Shown piece by piece: positions 9,869 through 20,467 of a stretch of 45,743 nt of DNA (within the stretch, counting starts at the first letter, position 1; every line of letters starts with the position of its first letter). The stretch covers positions 1-45,743 of IMG/VR virus record IMGVR_UViG_3300022407_004562. One strand, written 5' to 3'. This stretch comes from a virus. Lineage: Duplodnaviria > Caudoviricetes. The position numbers were made by a program, and so were the translations under genes. The notes beneath the pieces were generated by a model, which was given only the letters and a program-made list of their open reading frames with translations, ran no database searches and was not told the origin of the DNA.

Positions 9869-9901
9869 GCCCGTGAGCCTCCAATCACGGGCACAATTTT
9901 T
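9869..9901 (+). terminator. Intrinsic terminator after the capsid genes
   Basis: GCCCGTGA/TCACGGGC stem followed by ACAATTTTT. Confidence 0.6.
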
Positions 9902-9909
9902 AAACTGAA

Positions 9910-10092
9910 ATGAAACTTCCTACTCAATCGTATGATGGCAAGCCTGGTGCTGCCAAAGATGTTAAAGACACTCCTATGCTGGAACCCGGTGCTCGCGAGA
10001 GTGCTAAGCGGACCAGCGGCACGCCGAATTATGACCGCTCAAAGGTCAAGCACGGCGCGTTTGGAGGCCTTGGTGTGCGCGGTCACGCTTAA
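9910..10092 (+). CDS. Small basic hypothetical protein
   Basis: 60-aa K/G-rich ORF filling the gap in the structural arm. Confidence 0.55.
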   Translation: MKLPTQSYDGKPGAAKDVKDTPMLEPGARESAKRTSGTPNYDRSKVKHGAFGGLGVRGHA

Positions 10093-10116
10093 TCACTAAT
10101 TTGAAATACCCTCGTT

Positions 10117-10881
10117 ATGCCTACAGTTGGACAAATTAAAGAGGTGGTAGCTGGATACCTCCACAAGCCTGTATCGGAGTTTGTCAAAGGCTCTGGTGCA
10201 ACTGAAGTTAATCTGTTGTTGCTTGCGCTAAATAATGCGCGAAAGACCGCGGAGAAATTTCATGATTTTTCCATCTGTCGGCGGCGAGGGTATTTCTCGG
10301 TGACTAATGATGCAGCGGACTGGAGAAGTCCTACGTGGTTCTCTGGCACCGGCACAGCGAGAAAAGTCAAGACTTGGTATGAACGCGTTAGCGGTGGTAG
10401 TGCTGCTGGAGCGTATGGTGGCGTTGATCGCGTGATGCGACAGTTGACGCAAGAACAGGTGGCAAAGTTGTATGCGCGGGAGGATTATATGGACGCGCCG
10501 CTTTGGACCACGGAGAGGTATTTGGGTGATGCGGCTTCGCCAATTGCTCGTGACCCGCTTATGGGACAAAACTACATTGTCACTGAGGGGTTTAATTTTT
10601 ACTACTATCCGCAGAGCGAGACGGCAAAGGTTATTGTCGCTGATGCGTTTTACTGGTGGTCGGATTGGAGCTTGGACGCTACAACGGACTGGTGGACGGA
10701 GAATGCGGAAGAGTTTTTGGTCTGGCAGACTCTTGTTGAGGCAAATCGTTTGCCAATGAAGTTTGTCAGCGCGGAGGGCAATTTGCCTCCACCGATCAAG
10801 GAAGCCAATGAAGCGTTGGCTAAACTCGTTCAAACGGATAAAGATTCAACCGAAGGACACATTCATTTAGATGATCTATGA
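10117..10881 (+). CDS. Putative head-tail adaptor protein
   Basis: Position after the capsid; MPTVGQIKEVV...ALNNARK N-terminus and YYYPQ...DWW...EFLVWQTL C-terminus resemble podovirus adaptors. Confidence 0.6.
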   Translation: MPTVGQIKEVVAGYLHKPVSEFVKGSGATEVNLLLLALNNARKTAEKFHDFSICRRRGYFSVTNDAADWRSPTWFSGTGTARKVKTWYERVSGGSAAGAYGGVDRVMRQLTQEQVAKLYAREDYMDAPLWTTERYLGDAASPIARDPLMGQNYIVTEGFNFYYYPQSETAKVIVADAFYWWSDWSLDATTDWWTENAEEFLVWQTLVEANRLPMKFVSAEGNLPPPIKEANEALAKLVQTDKDSTEGHIHLDDL

Positions 10882-11438
10882 AACAACAGATTGATCCAAT
10901 TTCGCAGGCTATGCAGATTTTGCAGCTTGCGACACAACGACAAGGGCAACGGGCGGATATTGACCAAGGTCAACAGAGGCTCGACATCGCCCGGCAAGGT
11001 ATGCGCATGGACCGCAGGCAGGGACGTCAGCAGCGGAAGATGCAACAACAACAGTTCAACACGGGGCTGTCCTGGGACCGCGAGCAGGCACAAATGCGTC
11101 AAAAACAATTTGAAACTGAACAAAGTCGTGCTATGCTAGAGGCTGCCCAGCGTATGGTTATGGATGAGCGCAAGCTGGGTGCTGAAGACGCTTGGCGTAA
11201 AGCTCAAATGGCTGAAGCCCAACAGAGGCAAAACCAATTCCAGGTCGGCGCGATTTCTGAGCTTCTCCCTGCTGTCCAGAATCAAGCAATGATGCTGCAG
11301 CAGGACAATCCGCCAGAAGCTCAATATCAGCAAGAACTCGCAAAGCAAATGCTGCAAGCAATTTACCAGAAACTTGGGCTGCAAATGCCTGAACGTCCGC
11401 AAGTAGACCCTCAAACTCAAGCCCTTTATGGCCAATAG
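10878..11438 (+). CDS. Putative internal virion (ejection) protein, Gln-rich
   Basis: Q/M/R-rich helical ORF preceding the giant virion protein. Confidence 0.55.
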   Translation: MKQQIDPISQAMQILQLATQRQGQRADIDQGQQRLDIARQGMRMDRRQGRQQRKMQQQQFNTGLSWDREQAQMRQKQFETEQSRAMLEAAQRMVMDERKLGAEDAWRKAQMAEAQQRQNQFQVGAISELLPAVQNQAMMLQQDNPPEAQYQQELAKQMLQAIYQKLGLQMPERPQVDPQTQALYGQ

Positions 11439-12495
11439 AATTTCCAACAATCGTGACGCTAACGCTTTGAAACTTCAAGGCTTGAATCCTCCGCAAACTG
11501 ACACTAGCCTTTCGGGCCGTAAGGCTAAGAAAGTCGGCGGGATGCGTAAAAAGAACCGTGGTGAACGAATGGATTCATCAAGTCAAAGCTCTAGTAATGA
11601 AATTGACGCTATCTTCCGCGGCATTCAGGGCACCCGCTCGATGGTGCGCCGAGACCTTTCGGGCAACATCATCACTCAGCCACAGCCATCAGGTTTAGAC
11701 AAGCTCTACGCGGATAACCCTCACCTCCGTGGAGCTGCTAACCGCCAAGCACAAAACGACGCCATTGCGCGCCAAATGCCTTCCGCAGCTGTTGCTGAGC
11801 GTCGTGCAATGCAACAGCTTCAATCCAACTCTCCAAACCCTAACTTGGTAAGTGACCAAGACGGATACCGCACGCTTTTTGGTAAAGGCGGTGAGGTTAT
11901 TGGAACCACGCGCCCAGTGCAGACGGGAATGGATCAGGTGGATCAGGGGTTGTTTAACAAAGGCCAGGGAACGGATGTTGAACGTGCGCGATTGAATGCG
12001 GGTTTGCGGCAGGCGGGCCAGACTGCACTTAGTCGTCCTAGTGGAATGGATCAAATTTTTGGTGGTGGGGCCAAACAGCCTTCTCCGTCCGGTGTGGCAT
12101 CTCGTGGCCCGGTTGAACCACAGATGCCTCAAGGAGCACCGGGCGGAGAACTGTTTGGTCAGATGCCGGAGTTTAAGTCGGCGGGGATGGCTATGACGCG
12201 GCCTCCACAACCGTTGCCAAATGATACTCCGGGGGCGGCTAGTGAGCAGGCACGAAATAGGTTTTTTAACTCTAATCAGATGAGCGGCCCAATGCAGGCT
12301 TCACCTGAGCAGGCAAGGATTCGTGATGTGCTTCAAGAAAAAGCAAATATGAACTTCCGCTTGGAAGACCTGTTTCCGGGGAATGACTACGACTATCTTC
12401 GCCAGCAGGTTCCTGCGTTTCCACATGACGCGTATTATCCTACCACTAACACGTATCTTGACGCTCTTCGCTCGTTTATGCAGATGTATAAATAA
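11428..12495 (+). CDS. Putative internal virion (ejection) protein
   Basis: 355-aa low-complexity Q/P/G/M-rich ORF. Confidence 0.55.
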   Translation: MANRISNNRDANALKLQGLNPPQTDTSLSGRKAKKVGGMRKKNRGERMDSSSQSSSNEIDAIFRGIQGTRSMVRRDLSGNIITQPQPSGLDKLYADNPHLRGAANRQAQNDAIARQMPSAAVAERRAMQQLQSNSPNPNLVSDQDGYRTLFGKGGEVIGTTRPVQTGMDQVDQGLFNKGQGTDVERARLNAGLRQAGQTALSRPSGMDQIFGGGAKQPSPSGVASRGPVEPQMPQGAPGGELFGQMPEFKSAGMAMTRPPQPLPNDTPGAASEQARNRFFNSNQMSGPMQASPEQARIRDVLQEKANMNFRLEDLFPGNDYDYLRQQVPAFPHDAYYPTTNTYLDALRSFMQMYK

Positions 12496-12500
12496 TTCCT

Positions 12501-15500
12501 ATGCCCTCCTTCCAAGAAATCTACAACAAATACAACGACGCACAGGCTAAGGGACTCATTCAACCGGATGAGTCTCTTTCCACGTTTGCACAGCGCGGGT
12601 TTCAAGTCACTGGTGATCCGAGTTACCGCAATGTAGCCCAGAGCTCGACTGTGGGGAACTTCTTTCGTTCCCGCTCGGCGGATCTTTCTAATCTTGTAGA
12701 AAGTGGCCCGGTGGACGAATGGACTAGTGCGGCGGTTGGACGGATTGGAGATTTGTTTGGAATTACTCCGGAAAGCTCGCGGGCTGTTGGAAAGAAGTTG
12801 CCTCGAATGGCGGTGGACTTTCTCCCAATGGCTGCGGCTGCAGTGGCTGCACCGTTTACAGGCGGGAGCAGCCTTGTCCCGCTTGCTGGTTTGGCTGGCA
12901 CAAGTGCGTTGAGTGCCGCTAGTGCGTTTGAAGAAACTGGCCGCCCGCTGGATGCAATTATTGGTGGAGCCGCGCCGTATGTTGGTGGCAAGCTGTCTGA
13001 AGTCGGCTCCCGTGCGGCGCTGAATTTTGCGGCAAGGTCACCAGTGATGCAGAGGCTTGGATTTACTGGTGGCACAAAGCTCACCGGCCAGGCTTTGACA
13101 GAAGGTGAAAAAGCTGTCCTTGGACAAACGATGTCTGACGCCACCATTGCTGGCACCACAGCATCCCGCACGATGCTTGACCGCCCGTTGGATAAACTGC
13201 TTGGTTATGTTGGTGGTGAAGCGGCTGCAAACGTTGGCTTCACTGCTCTTGACATTGCCCAGCAAGGCAAGGACGCGGTGTTTAATCGAGATTATTTGTT
13301 TGCTAACTTGATCTCAAATGTGCCGTTTGCTGTGGTGGATATGGCACAAAGTGCCCGCACGCGTCAACTCGGTGAGACGGAGTTTCAAACTCCAGCGCCA
13401 CAGCCTGTTTATCTTACTCCCGGCGAAGAACGCTCCGTTCGCGCGGCTGCTATGTTTAAAGACATGGAAGATCCCGCGCAGATCGAGTCCCTTAAGCGCC
13501 GTTATGGTCTTGATATTACCAACATTGAGCTTAACGCTGAAAAGCTCCGCGCAGCTCAAATGGAGCGCACCACGGGGCAAGAGTTGGTCACAAAGGATTT
13601 TGTTTCTCGCTGGAACAACTATCTTGAATCTGATCCGCTCTTCAACCAAGCTACTAATGGGGCATTCAGAATTACCCAGGGTGGAGCTTTTGGTAAGGAG
13701 ATTGTTGGGCTGGATAAGGTGCTGGAGGCTAAGAATCTACCTGCCAGGGCTCAGGAGCTTGTTGATGGGTTTAAAGATCAGCGGGCGGTGGTTAAGCGGA
13801 AATACTCTAACGTTGTTAGCTCAATGGTTAAGCCCGCGAGCATGGAAGAGTCGTTGACTCGGAGCGTGCAGGAACTGGGGTTGGATGAGTTCTTGGCTAA
13901 ACCTGTGGCTGAGCGGGATTATCACACAGCGTTGAAGGATAGCTTGCTTAGCACTGAAGGGATTGACCTTGTGCGGGATATTCATCGGTTTCAAGCTGGA
14001 GAACAACCGCTTAACACTCCGCTGTTTCAGGAGTTTTTGGACTTTTACTCTGGCAAGCGGACGGATTTGGATTTTGACAAACGAGTGGACTTGGCTGTTG
14101 CTGTGAGCCTTGCTAAAGGTGCTATGCCTAAGGTGAAGGAAGGAAAGCAGCGAGCTAAGGAAGCTGAGATGGAAGGGCAAACTGAGCGTGTGGTTCTTGA
14201 AGAGGGCTTGAAGCCGCTTGAGGAAACTGCAAAAGAGTTTGTGGAAACTGATTCAAAGCTTCAGCAGACTGCTAAACTTGCTCAGGCGGTTAAGGTGGAA
14301 GAGGATTTGAAGGTGGAAGAACAAAAGGTGGAGCAAGCCAAGGCTGAGGTCCGTCGATTGGATATTACACCGGAAGAGCTGGCCACCGCGAGGATGAATC
14401 TGGACAATCAGCTTAGAGCTTTTGTAGCTAAGGCTGAGGAGGCTAAACTGCTGCGAGAGCAAGCTGCACAAGTGGTGCAGGAACCTGTTGCACCCGTTGA
14501 GCCTGTGCTTTCTCCGGGGATGAAGATTCTTGAAGAACGTATGGCTAAGATGTCTCCTGCTGGCAAAGCCAAGTGGACACCAGAGGTGCTGAAGGCTGCG
14601 GAAGAGTTTTTTCTTACTGGAGACACTAAACTGGTTGACGGTTTGGCTGAGCAAAGTGTGCGGAATGCTTTGCGGTCCATTTTTATGGACGTGACGCCAG
14701 GAGGGGAAAAGCTGTTGGCTAAGGGAGACAAGGTGCTGGAAGAAAGCGTTAAACTGGCTAAAGCCAACGCGGCGAGACTGAAAGCCGCGAAGCTGGAAAA
14801 GAAAGAAGTTGACCCTGAGCTTGCGAAGCTGTTGAAGGAGTATGAACTTGCCAGCAGTGACAAGGATGTGGTTTATCTTATCCCGGTTCCTGAAGGGGAT
14901 TTTGAAACTGTCCGCCCATTTGCTGAAAAGCTGATGGCTAGGTTGGTTCCTGCCGGTGAAGCGAAAGAACGCTCGGCAGAGTTGATTGAGTTAGCTAAAT
15001 TTTTCAATAACCCTGAAGTCGTGTATGCACGGTTGAAGGGTGTGGTTGAAGGCCAAGGAGATACGCAGTTTGCTATTGATCCTGAAGTGCGTGCTTACGC
15101 AGATCGGTTGAAGGCTATGTCCAAAGAAGAGCTTGAGAATGTTGATCCGTCAGACAACTATCAAGGCTACATTCTTTATGAGGCTGAAGCCCTAATGCCT
15201 TTTAAACAAGGCACAATCAAAAAGATTACTTCTACTAATAGTTTTGCTCTAGCTGAGCAAGCTGATGGAATTATTAACGTTGATGAAGAACCTTACTTGT
15301 TGGTTAAAGAAGAAGATCCTGATGATGACATGCTTAAAGTGTGGTCATTTGGAAAACCAGGCCAGCGCAAGTTTACTGAAACATCTATTGATGTTAAAAC
15401 TGGGTCTGTTGAAGAACTAGTTCAACTGATTCAACAAGCTAGACAAGCAGATACGCAAACTGCTCAGTCTCAAGGTAAAATCTTTGGCGCAGCTTCCTAC

Positions 15501-18500
15501 AACCAAAAGAAAATCTTCATCAACTCTGAAGCTTTCAACAGCCTTAACCCCGCTGAGAAGCTCGGTTTCATCTTCGCCCACGAGCACGCACACATTTCTT
15601 TTGCCAAGGCCCTCGATGGTTCCTATGGCCCGGAAGCCCGCGCACTTGCCGAAACTGCCCAGCGGTGGGTAATGACCGCTGACCCACAAGCAAAACAAGT
15701 TGTGAGGGATGTGTTGATGGATCTTCATTTGCCGAAGGAGCTCAGGAATGCTGATGGTATCCGTGAAGTGTTGAACAGTGATGATCCGAATGAATGGTTG
15801 GCTAATGCTATGGCGCTTTATGCTGGTGGTGCGGTTAAGGCGAGCAAGCCGAAAATGGCGTTTGCGATGTTGCCGAAGCCTATTCGTAATTTCTTTGAGT
15901 GGGCAATTCAAGGTATGCAGAACCTTTACAAGGGTGCAAAGACTTGGATGAAGCTTGGCGGGGATAAGGAGAAGCTCGCTCAGGTGTCAACCATTAAAGA
16001 TCTGATGGACACTATTCGTCGGTCTTACCGCCAAGCTGAATGGGATGCCAAAGAGGCAGAAGCGTTTTTGCGGGTGCAGCCGGAGGATATGGTTGAGAAA
16101 GCGACGGATTTGCAGTTCGCAAAGGTGAGCCCATCTGCGCGGACTGGTGGAGCTGTGTTTAAGGAAGAACCTGTGAAGTGGATGAAGGGTGTGTTTGACG
16201 CCTGGAATAATCCATTGCATACACTCGCGCGGTTGCACAAGTCTTTTGTGGAGCCTGTGTTGAGTGTGCACCAGAAGCATGATCGGATTACGAATGGGAT
16301 TATGGAAGTGGAGAAAACGTTCTTTGGCGGCTTGAGTGCGAGTGGGAAGGTGCAGATTGACTCAAAGGCGCATGAGAGAGTGTTTGGTTCGCTGCCGTTG
16401 AAGACGTTGTTGAATGATATTCAGCGCTTTGCGGTGCAGGAAAATAAGCGGGTGATTCAAGAAGGTGCACAGCCTAATACGCTTGAGGTGAATTTGGGAA
16501 ATCTTAGTCCGGAATTGCGGGGCAAGTTTGCACAGTTTAAACCGGAAGCACAGCAGGCCTTGGTGCAAGTGCTGGCGTCGTTTGAAATGGCGAATAGAAA
16601 GTCACAAGAGATCTTTAAGACGGGTTTCTTAAGGGAGTCTACAGCGCGGTTGGCTCAGATGATGCAGTTCAAAAGTTCGTTTAATAAGGCGGATTTTGCT
16701 AAGGCGCCAGAGATTGCTAAGGGGATTATGGATGATCTCTTGAATGGTGATCCTGTGCTTGCTAGGTCGAAGCTAGACATGATGGACCCGATGGAAGCGG
16801 ATAAGCTGATTGAGTCCGCGCAGTTGCTGGCTCAACAGCATGTGAAGCTGGCGGAGTATTACGCCAAGCATCCGAGTTATATGTCATTTCGTCGGTTTAA
16901 GAAGCATAAACAACGCATGGAAAAGCCAGGCGTGGCAGATGATGTGGTTGATGCGGATACTCCTGGGGAATTGCAAAAAGTTGTCGCGGAGCAAGTGGCT
17001 AAAGGTTGGAAACCTAAAGGTGATCCGATGGTTCAGGATAAGAAGTCGAAGGAGCAATATCGGATGAATGATGAATTGCTTCAGTTGATCCGCCAGCATG
17101 ATAGTGAGATGTTGGAGAATATGAAGACACAAGGGCTGTCCGCCGAGCAGTTTGACAGCTTGGCTAGTATGCTGAATACAGAAGATCTTGTGGCTCGACA
17201 GATCAATGCTAAGGAGCTTTACAAGCCTATGGGTTTAAGAAAGTTCTCTGGCGATCTTGAACGCTTTGACGCGCTGGAGCAATTTATGCGTTACACTCCA
17301 GCAGCGATCCATGCGGTGGAAAGCCGCGCGACGGAAGCTGAAGTGAATTTCTGGATGCAGAATCCAGAGCTGAAGGACTTGCAAACGGAGAAAGATCAGT
17401 TTAAGGCTCTTTATGAACAGAGCAAGACTCCTGATCCTGAGTGGGCACGGAAGCTGGCAAAGGCTAATGCCGTGTGGCATATTGGCTGGAATCTTCCTGG
17501 ACATATTGCAGAAACCGCGCAGCCGTTTTTGACACACTTGCCGGAGTTGATTGCTCGCGGGGATGGAACGGTGAAGGGGTTGGCAAGGATTATGCGAGCG
17601 GAGAAAGAGATGCTGAATGTGCAGCGCGTGCGGACTAAGGGGATGTTTGGCAAAGAGAAGATTGCTAAACATGAACATAAAATTAGCGAGAAAGAAGTTG
17701 AAGTGTTTGAAGGCGTGCCGGCAGCGTGGCTTCAGGCGAATGGGACAAAGGGTGACAATCTTGAAATTGCCCGTGCGCTGGAAGCTTTGTCGAATCGAAT
17801 TCAACGTGCACCGATGAGTGAGATTTTGAACTCGTTTGACAGCAAAGCTCACACTCAGCTTGAACGACTGTCTCGCGGGGAGCCGCTGGCTAAACTTGGT
17901 GAGATTGTAGCTAAGCCGTTCAACATGTATGCTAAAGGGGCGATGACGTTTTATTCACAATTCCCGATGCACAATGCAGTCGTAGCGATTGTGTCGTCGT
18001 ATCGTCAGGCCCGCGAGCAGGGGTTCAGCCCTAAGGATGCTATTGCCAAGGCGGAGTTGTTTGACCTTTCTGTGAATAACTCAAGTGGACGGCTTGAACG
18101 CCCTGAGATGTTTAACAAACTCGGCGGAGCTGGGCATTTGGTTTATCAATTGTCTAGCTATGTGCGCGGTCGGTTTGCGGACTTGGCTACGTTTTATCGT
18201 CATGGTTGGAGTGATGATCAATATAACCTCACGCCAGTTGAGAAGAAAAATGCTCGCAAGGCGTTTCAAACAATGGTTCTTGCACAGGTCGGCGCGGCTG
18301 GTTTGCTGGGAATGCCGTTTGTTGGAGCCGGGATTGCATTGATGGAAGAGCTTCTTGGTGAAGACATTAAGGGAAGAATGTATGAAGCTCTGGATGAGGT
18401 GACAGAAGATCCTTCACTCACGCGTGCGCTGACTCACGGGTTTGCCAGTGCGTTTGCGGAGAGTCTTGGCATTCCTGCGGATATGCATTCGCGGTTTGCT

Positions 18501-19226
18501 CTTGGTGGCTTTCTTGGCACAAATGCTTATGATGGTATGAGTGCTAAGAGCTTTATGGGACCAAGCGTGGCGATGTTGGATTCACTTTGGAAACTTGGTG
18601 GAACTATGGCGCAAGGTAAAAGTGTGGAAGAAGCACTTACGGTTGCTGGCCCAGGTGGAGTTAAGCGCTTGGCCGAAGCCTTGAGTGAAGACTTCCAACG
18701 AGACAACCCGGAGGCCTCACTTGCTTGGAGCGCGCTGGGCTTTCGCTCTAGCCAGATGACTAAGCAGAAAGAATTTGGCCGCATTGTGGATCGGCGAGAA
18801 ATGGAATCCCGCAGAGAGCTTGAATTGGCGGCGAATCGAATTTCTGACCAACTAGCTAATCCAGCCTCGGCGAGAAAACTATTGTTTAATGAAGCGGTGA
18901 AGATGGTGCCTAGTGGGCTGAACCCGTTGCAACAGAATCAACAGCTTCAACAAAACATCAAAGACCTCTCCGCCAAAGTGGCTGCGATTGAAGCTAACAA
19001 AGTTGCGCCAGAGGACATTCGCACGCAGGTTGCTGGGCGGGTAGCTCCGCAAGTGGCTAATGTTGGGCGCTCGATGGGAGTTCAGTTGAACGATCCGATG
19101 GAACTCGCTCGCTCTCTCGCGATACAAAAAACGCGTTCCACGCTGGGTCAGCCGTTAAGCCAACGTCCAGTGCGGAACGCGATGATGCGGGACTTGCAAT
19201 GGGAGTCTAACCCTTGGGAGTTTTAA
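12501..19226 (+). CDS. Large internal virion/polyvalent protein with zincin-like motif
   Basis: 2241 aa; AAAPFTGGSS...AGLAG membrane-like N-terminal segment, coiled coils, FAHEHAH plus downstream NEWLAN, ejection-protein-like C-terminus. Confidence 0.8.
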   Translation: MPSFQEIYNKYNDAQAKGLIQPDESLSTFAQRGFQVTGDPSYRNVAQSSTVGNFFRSRSADLSNLVESGPVDEWTSAAVGRIGDLFGITPESSRAVGKKLPRMAVDFLPMAAAAVAAPFTGGSSLVPLAGLAGTSALSAASAFEETGRPLDAIIGGAAPYVGGKLSEVGSRAALNFAARSPVMQRLGFTGGTKLTGQALTEGEKAVLGQTMSDATIAGTTASRTMLDRPLDKLLGYVGGEAAANVGFTALDIAQQGKDAVFNRDYLFANLISNVPFAVVDMAQSARTRQLGETEFQTPAPQPVYLTPGEERSVRAAAMFKDMEDPAQIESLKRRYGLDITNIELNAEKLRAAQMERTTGQELVTKDFVSRWNNYLESDPLFNQATNGAFRITQGGAFGKEIVGLDKVLEAKNLPARAQELVDGFKDQRAVVKRKYSNVVSSMVKPASMEESLTRSVQELGLDEFLAKPVAERDYHTALKDSLLSTEGIDLVRDIHRFQAGEQPLNTPLFQEFLDFYSGKRTDLDFDKRVDLAVAVSLAKGAMPKVKEGKQRAKEAEMEGQTERVVLEEGLKPLEETAKEFVETDSKLQQTAKLAQAVKVEEDLKVEEQKVEQAKAEVRRLDITPEELATARMNLDNQLRAFVAKAEEAKLLREQAAQVVQEPVAPVEPVLSPGMKILEERMAKMSPAGKAKWTPEVLKAAEEFFLTGDTKLVDGLAEQSVRNALRSIFMDVTPGGEKLLAKGDKVLEESVKLAKANAARLKAAKLEKKEVDPELAKLLKEYELASSDKDVVYLIPVPEGDFETVRPFAEKLMARLVPAGEAKERSAELIELAKFFNNPEVVYARLKGVVEGQGDTQFAIDPEVRAYADRLKAMSKEELENVDPSDNYQGYILYEAEALMPFKQGTIKKITSTNSFALAEQADGIINVDEEPYLLVKEEDPDDDMLKVWSFGKPGQRKFTETSIDVKTGSVEELVQLIQQARQADTQTAQSQGKIFGAASYNQKKIFINSEAFNSLNPAEKLGFIFAHEHAHISFAKALDGSYGPEARALAETAQRWVMTADPQAKQVVRDVLMDLHLPKELRNADGIREVLNSDDPNEWLANAMALYAGGAVKASKPKMAFAMLPKPIRNFFEWAIQGMQNLYKGAKTWMKLGGDKEKLAQVSTIKDLMDTIRRSYRQAEWDAKEAEAFLRVQPEDMVEKATDLQFAKVSPSARTGGAVFKEEPVKWMKGVFDAWNNPLHTLARLHKSFVEPVLSVHQKHDRITNGIMEVEKTFFGGLSASGKVQIDSKAHERVFGSLPLKTLLNDIQRFAVQENKRVIQEGAQPNTLEVNLGNLSPELRGKFAQFKPEAQQALVQVLASFEMANRKSQEIFKTGFLRESTARLAQMMQFKSSFNKADFAKAPEIAKGIMDDLLNGDPVLARSKLDMMDPMEADKLIESAQLLAQQHVKLAEYYAKHPSYMSFRRFKKHKQRMEKPGVADDVVDADTPGELQKVVAEQVAKGWKPKGDPMVQDKKSKEQYRMNDELLQLIRQHDSEMLENMKTQGLSAEQFDSLASMLNTEDLVARQINAKELYKPMGLRKFSGDLERFDALEQFMRYTPAAIHAVESRATEAEVNFWMQNPELKDLQTEKDQFKALYEQSKTPDPEWARKLAKANAVWHIGWNLPGHIAETAQPFLTHLPELIARGDGTVKGLARIMRAEKEMLNVQRVRTKGMFGKEKIAKHEHKISEKEVEVFEGVPAAWLQANGTKGDNLEIARALEALSNRIQRAPMSEILNSFDSKAHTQLERLSRGEPLAKLGEIVAKPFNMYAKGAMTFYSQFPMHNAVVAIVSSYRQAREQGFSPKDAIAKAELFDLSVNNSSGRLERPEMFNKLGGAGHLVYQLSSYVRGRFADLATFYRHGWSDDQYNLTPVEKKNARKAFQTMVLAQVGAAGLLGMPFVGAGIALMEELLGEDIKGRMYEALDEVTEDPSLTRALTHGFASAFAESLGIPADMHSRFALGGFLGTNAYDGMSAKSFMGPSVAMLDSLWKLGGTMAQGKSVEEALTVAGPGGVKRLAEALSEDFQRDNPEASLAWSALGFRSSQMTKQKEFGRIVDRREMESRRELELAANRISDQLANPASARKLLFNEAVKMVPSGLNPLQQNQQLQQNIKDLSAKVAAIEANKVAPEDIRTQVAGRVAPQVANVGRSMGVQLNDPMELARSLAIQKTRSTLGQPLSQRPVRNAMMRDLQWESNPWEF

Positions 19227-20467
19227 CTGGTTTTCTTAAAATTCATCTCAAACTCTGGGCTCGTGACTACTGAGATTTGCTGACCATTGGCAAACTTAGC
19301 GGTCACGAGCTTTATTTGTTCTACCGCAGCCATCTGTTCCAGGAGTGAATCAATGTCTTTTTGACTAGCGTGGGCCAGAAAGGCTCCGTAGATTTTCTTG
19401 CGCGTGACGTAGTGGGGTGATCGTTCACAGTGGTAACGAATAAACTGCTGTATCCCGCTCATTGTGCTGGCGTGCGGGTTGCGGCCAACACCCGCGAAGA
19501 TGGTGTCAATGTGTTGTTGGGCCTCGGTGACTAGCGCCACAGCAAGCTCGATTTCATCTTCGGAAATAATCAAATCATCTGAGATAGAAAGCCTCGAAAG
19601 CATTGCTACTTTCAGCACCTGAACTGATTTACTCTGAAGGAAATTCTGCTGCGCGGCAGTGACAGCTTTTTCTTGTTCTTCAAAGTTTCGCGCATACCAC
19701 TCATTGTATGCCTTCCTACCATCTGGTGTGAACTCAAACCGCCCGGTGAGCTGTTGAATTGCTCGGCCGCGTTCAACGAGAATGTCTTCCGCGCGTTTCT
19801 GCTCCTCCGTCACAACCGGCTCTGGCACAGGTTTCGAGTTCCTATTCGCAAAGATGTAAATCGTCCGGCGAGAAAATCCACCAGACAGTGCATTGTCATT
19901 AATCAACGCCTTTGTCAGCTCTGGTGTCATGCACCCAAGCAATGTCACATATGGGTAAGGCAAGTTTACCGATCCGCGAGAGATGGTTGCTGTGGAGAAG
20001 TTGGGCTGTGGGTTGTAGATTTCTGTGAGGAGCTGAATCCATGCGAGCGGATCACCGCCGACTTGGACGAGGTTGACGAACTCGTCGGAGAAGATGGAGA
20101 TTTTGGTGTATTTGCGGAGTTTGTCGAGCCATGCGAAGGCCATTTGGCATGGAGACTTTTCTTCGCTCATGTGCTTGATGAGGGCTTCTTTGGAGCAGGA
20201 GTCCGGGGCGAAGGGGATGGGATGTTTGTTGGAGGAGATTTTGCCGAGAAGCCGGCGAGCGATGTCCTTCGCGGTGGATTTTTTGATTCCCGGCGGGCCG
20301 ACGAAGAGGGTGTAGAGGTTTGGTTGGATGTTGCCGATGATGCCCATGTCTTTCCAGAGGTTGGGGCCGCAACAGGATGAGAGGACGGAGAAGGCTGCCC
20401 AAGTGTGGAAGGCATCAGGGGCTTCGTTGCCGGAGGAGTAAATACGGTAGGCTTCGAGGAAGTTCAT
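19223..20467 (-). CDS. DUF3987/YfjI-like P-loop ATPase (putative replicative helicase)
   Basis: PNLYTLFVGPPGIKKSTA, DEF Walker B, TISRG, LLGCMTP, GGFSRR. Confidence 0.75.
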   Translation of the reverse strand: MNFLEAYRIYSSGNEAPDAFHTWAAFSVLSSCCGPNLWKDMGIIGNIQPNLYTLFVGPPGIKKSTAKDIARRLLGKISSNKHPIPFAPDSCSKEALIKHMSEEKSPCQMAFAWLDKLRKYTKISIFSDEFVNLVQVGGDPLAWIQLLTEIYNPQPNFSTATISRGSVNLPYPYVTLLGCMTPELTKALINDNALSGGFSRRTIYIFANRNSKPVPEPVVTEEQKRAEDILVERGRAIQQLTGRFEFTPDGRKAYNEWYARNFEEQEKAVTAAQQNFLQSKSVQVLKVAMLSRLSISDDLIISEDEIELAVALVTEAQQHIDTIFAGVGRNPHASTMSGIQQFIRYHCERSPHYVTRKKIYGAFLAHASQKDIDSLLEQMAAVEQIKLVTAKFANGQQISVVTSPEFEMNFKKTS

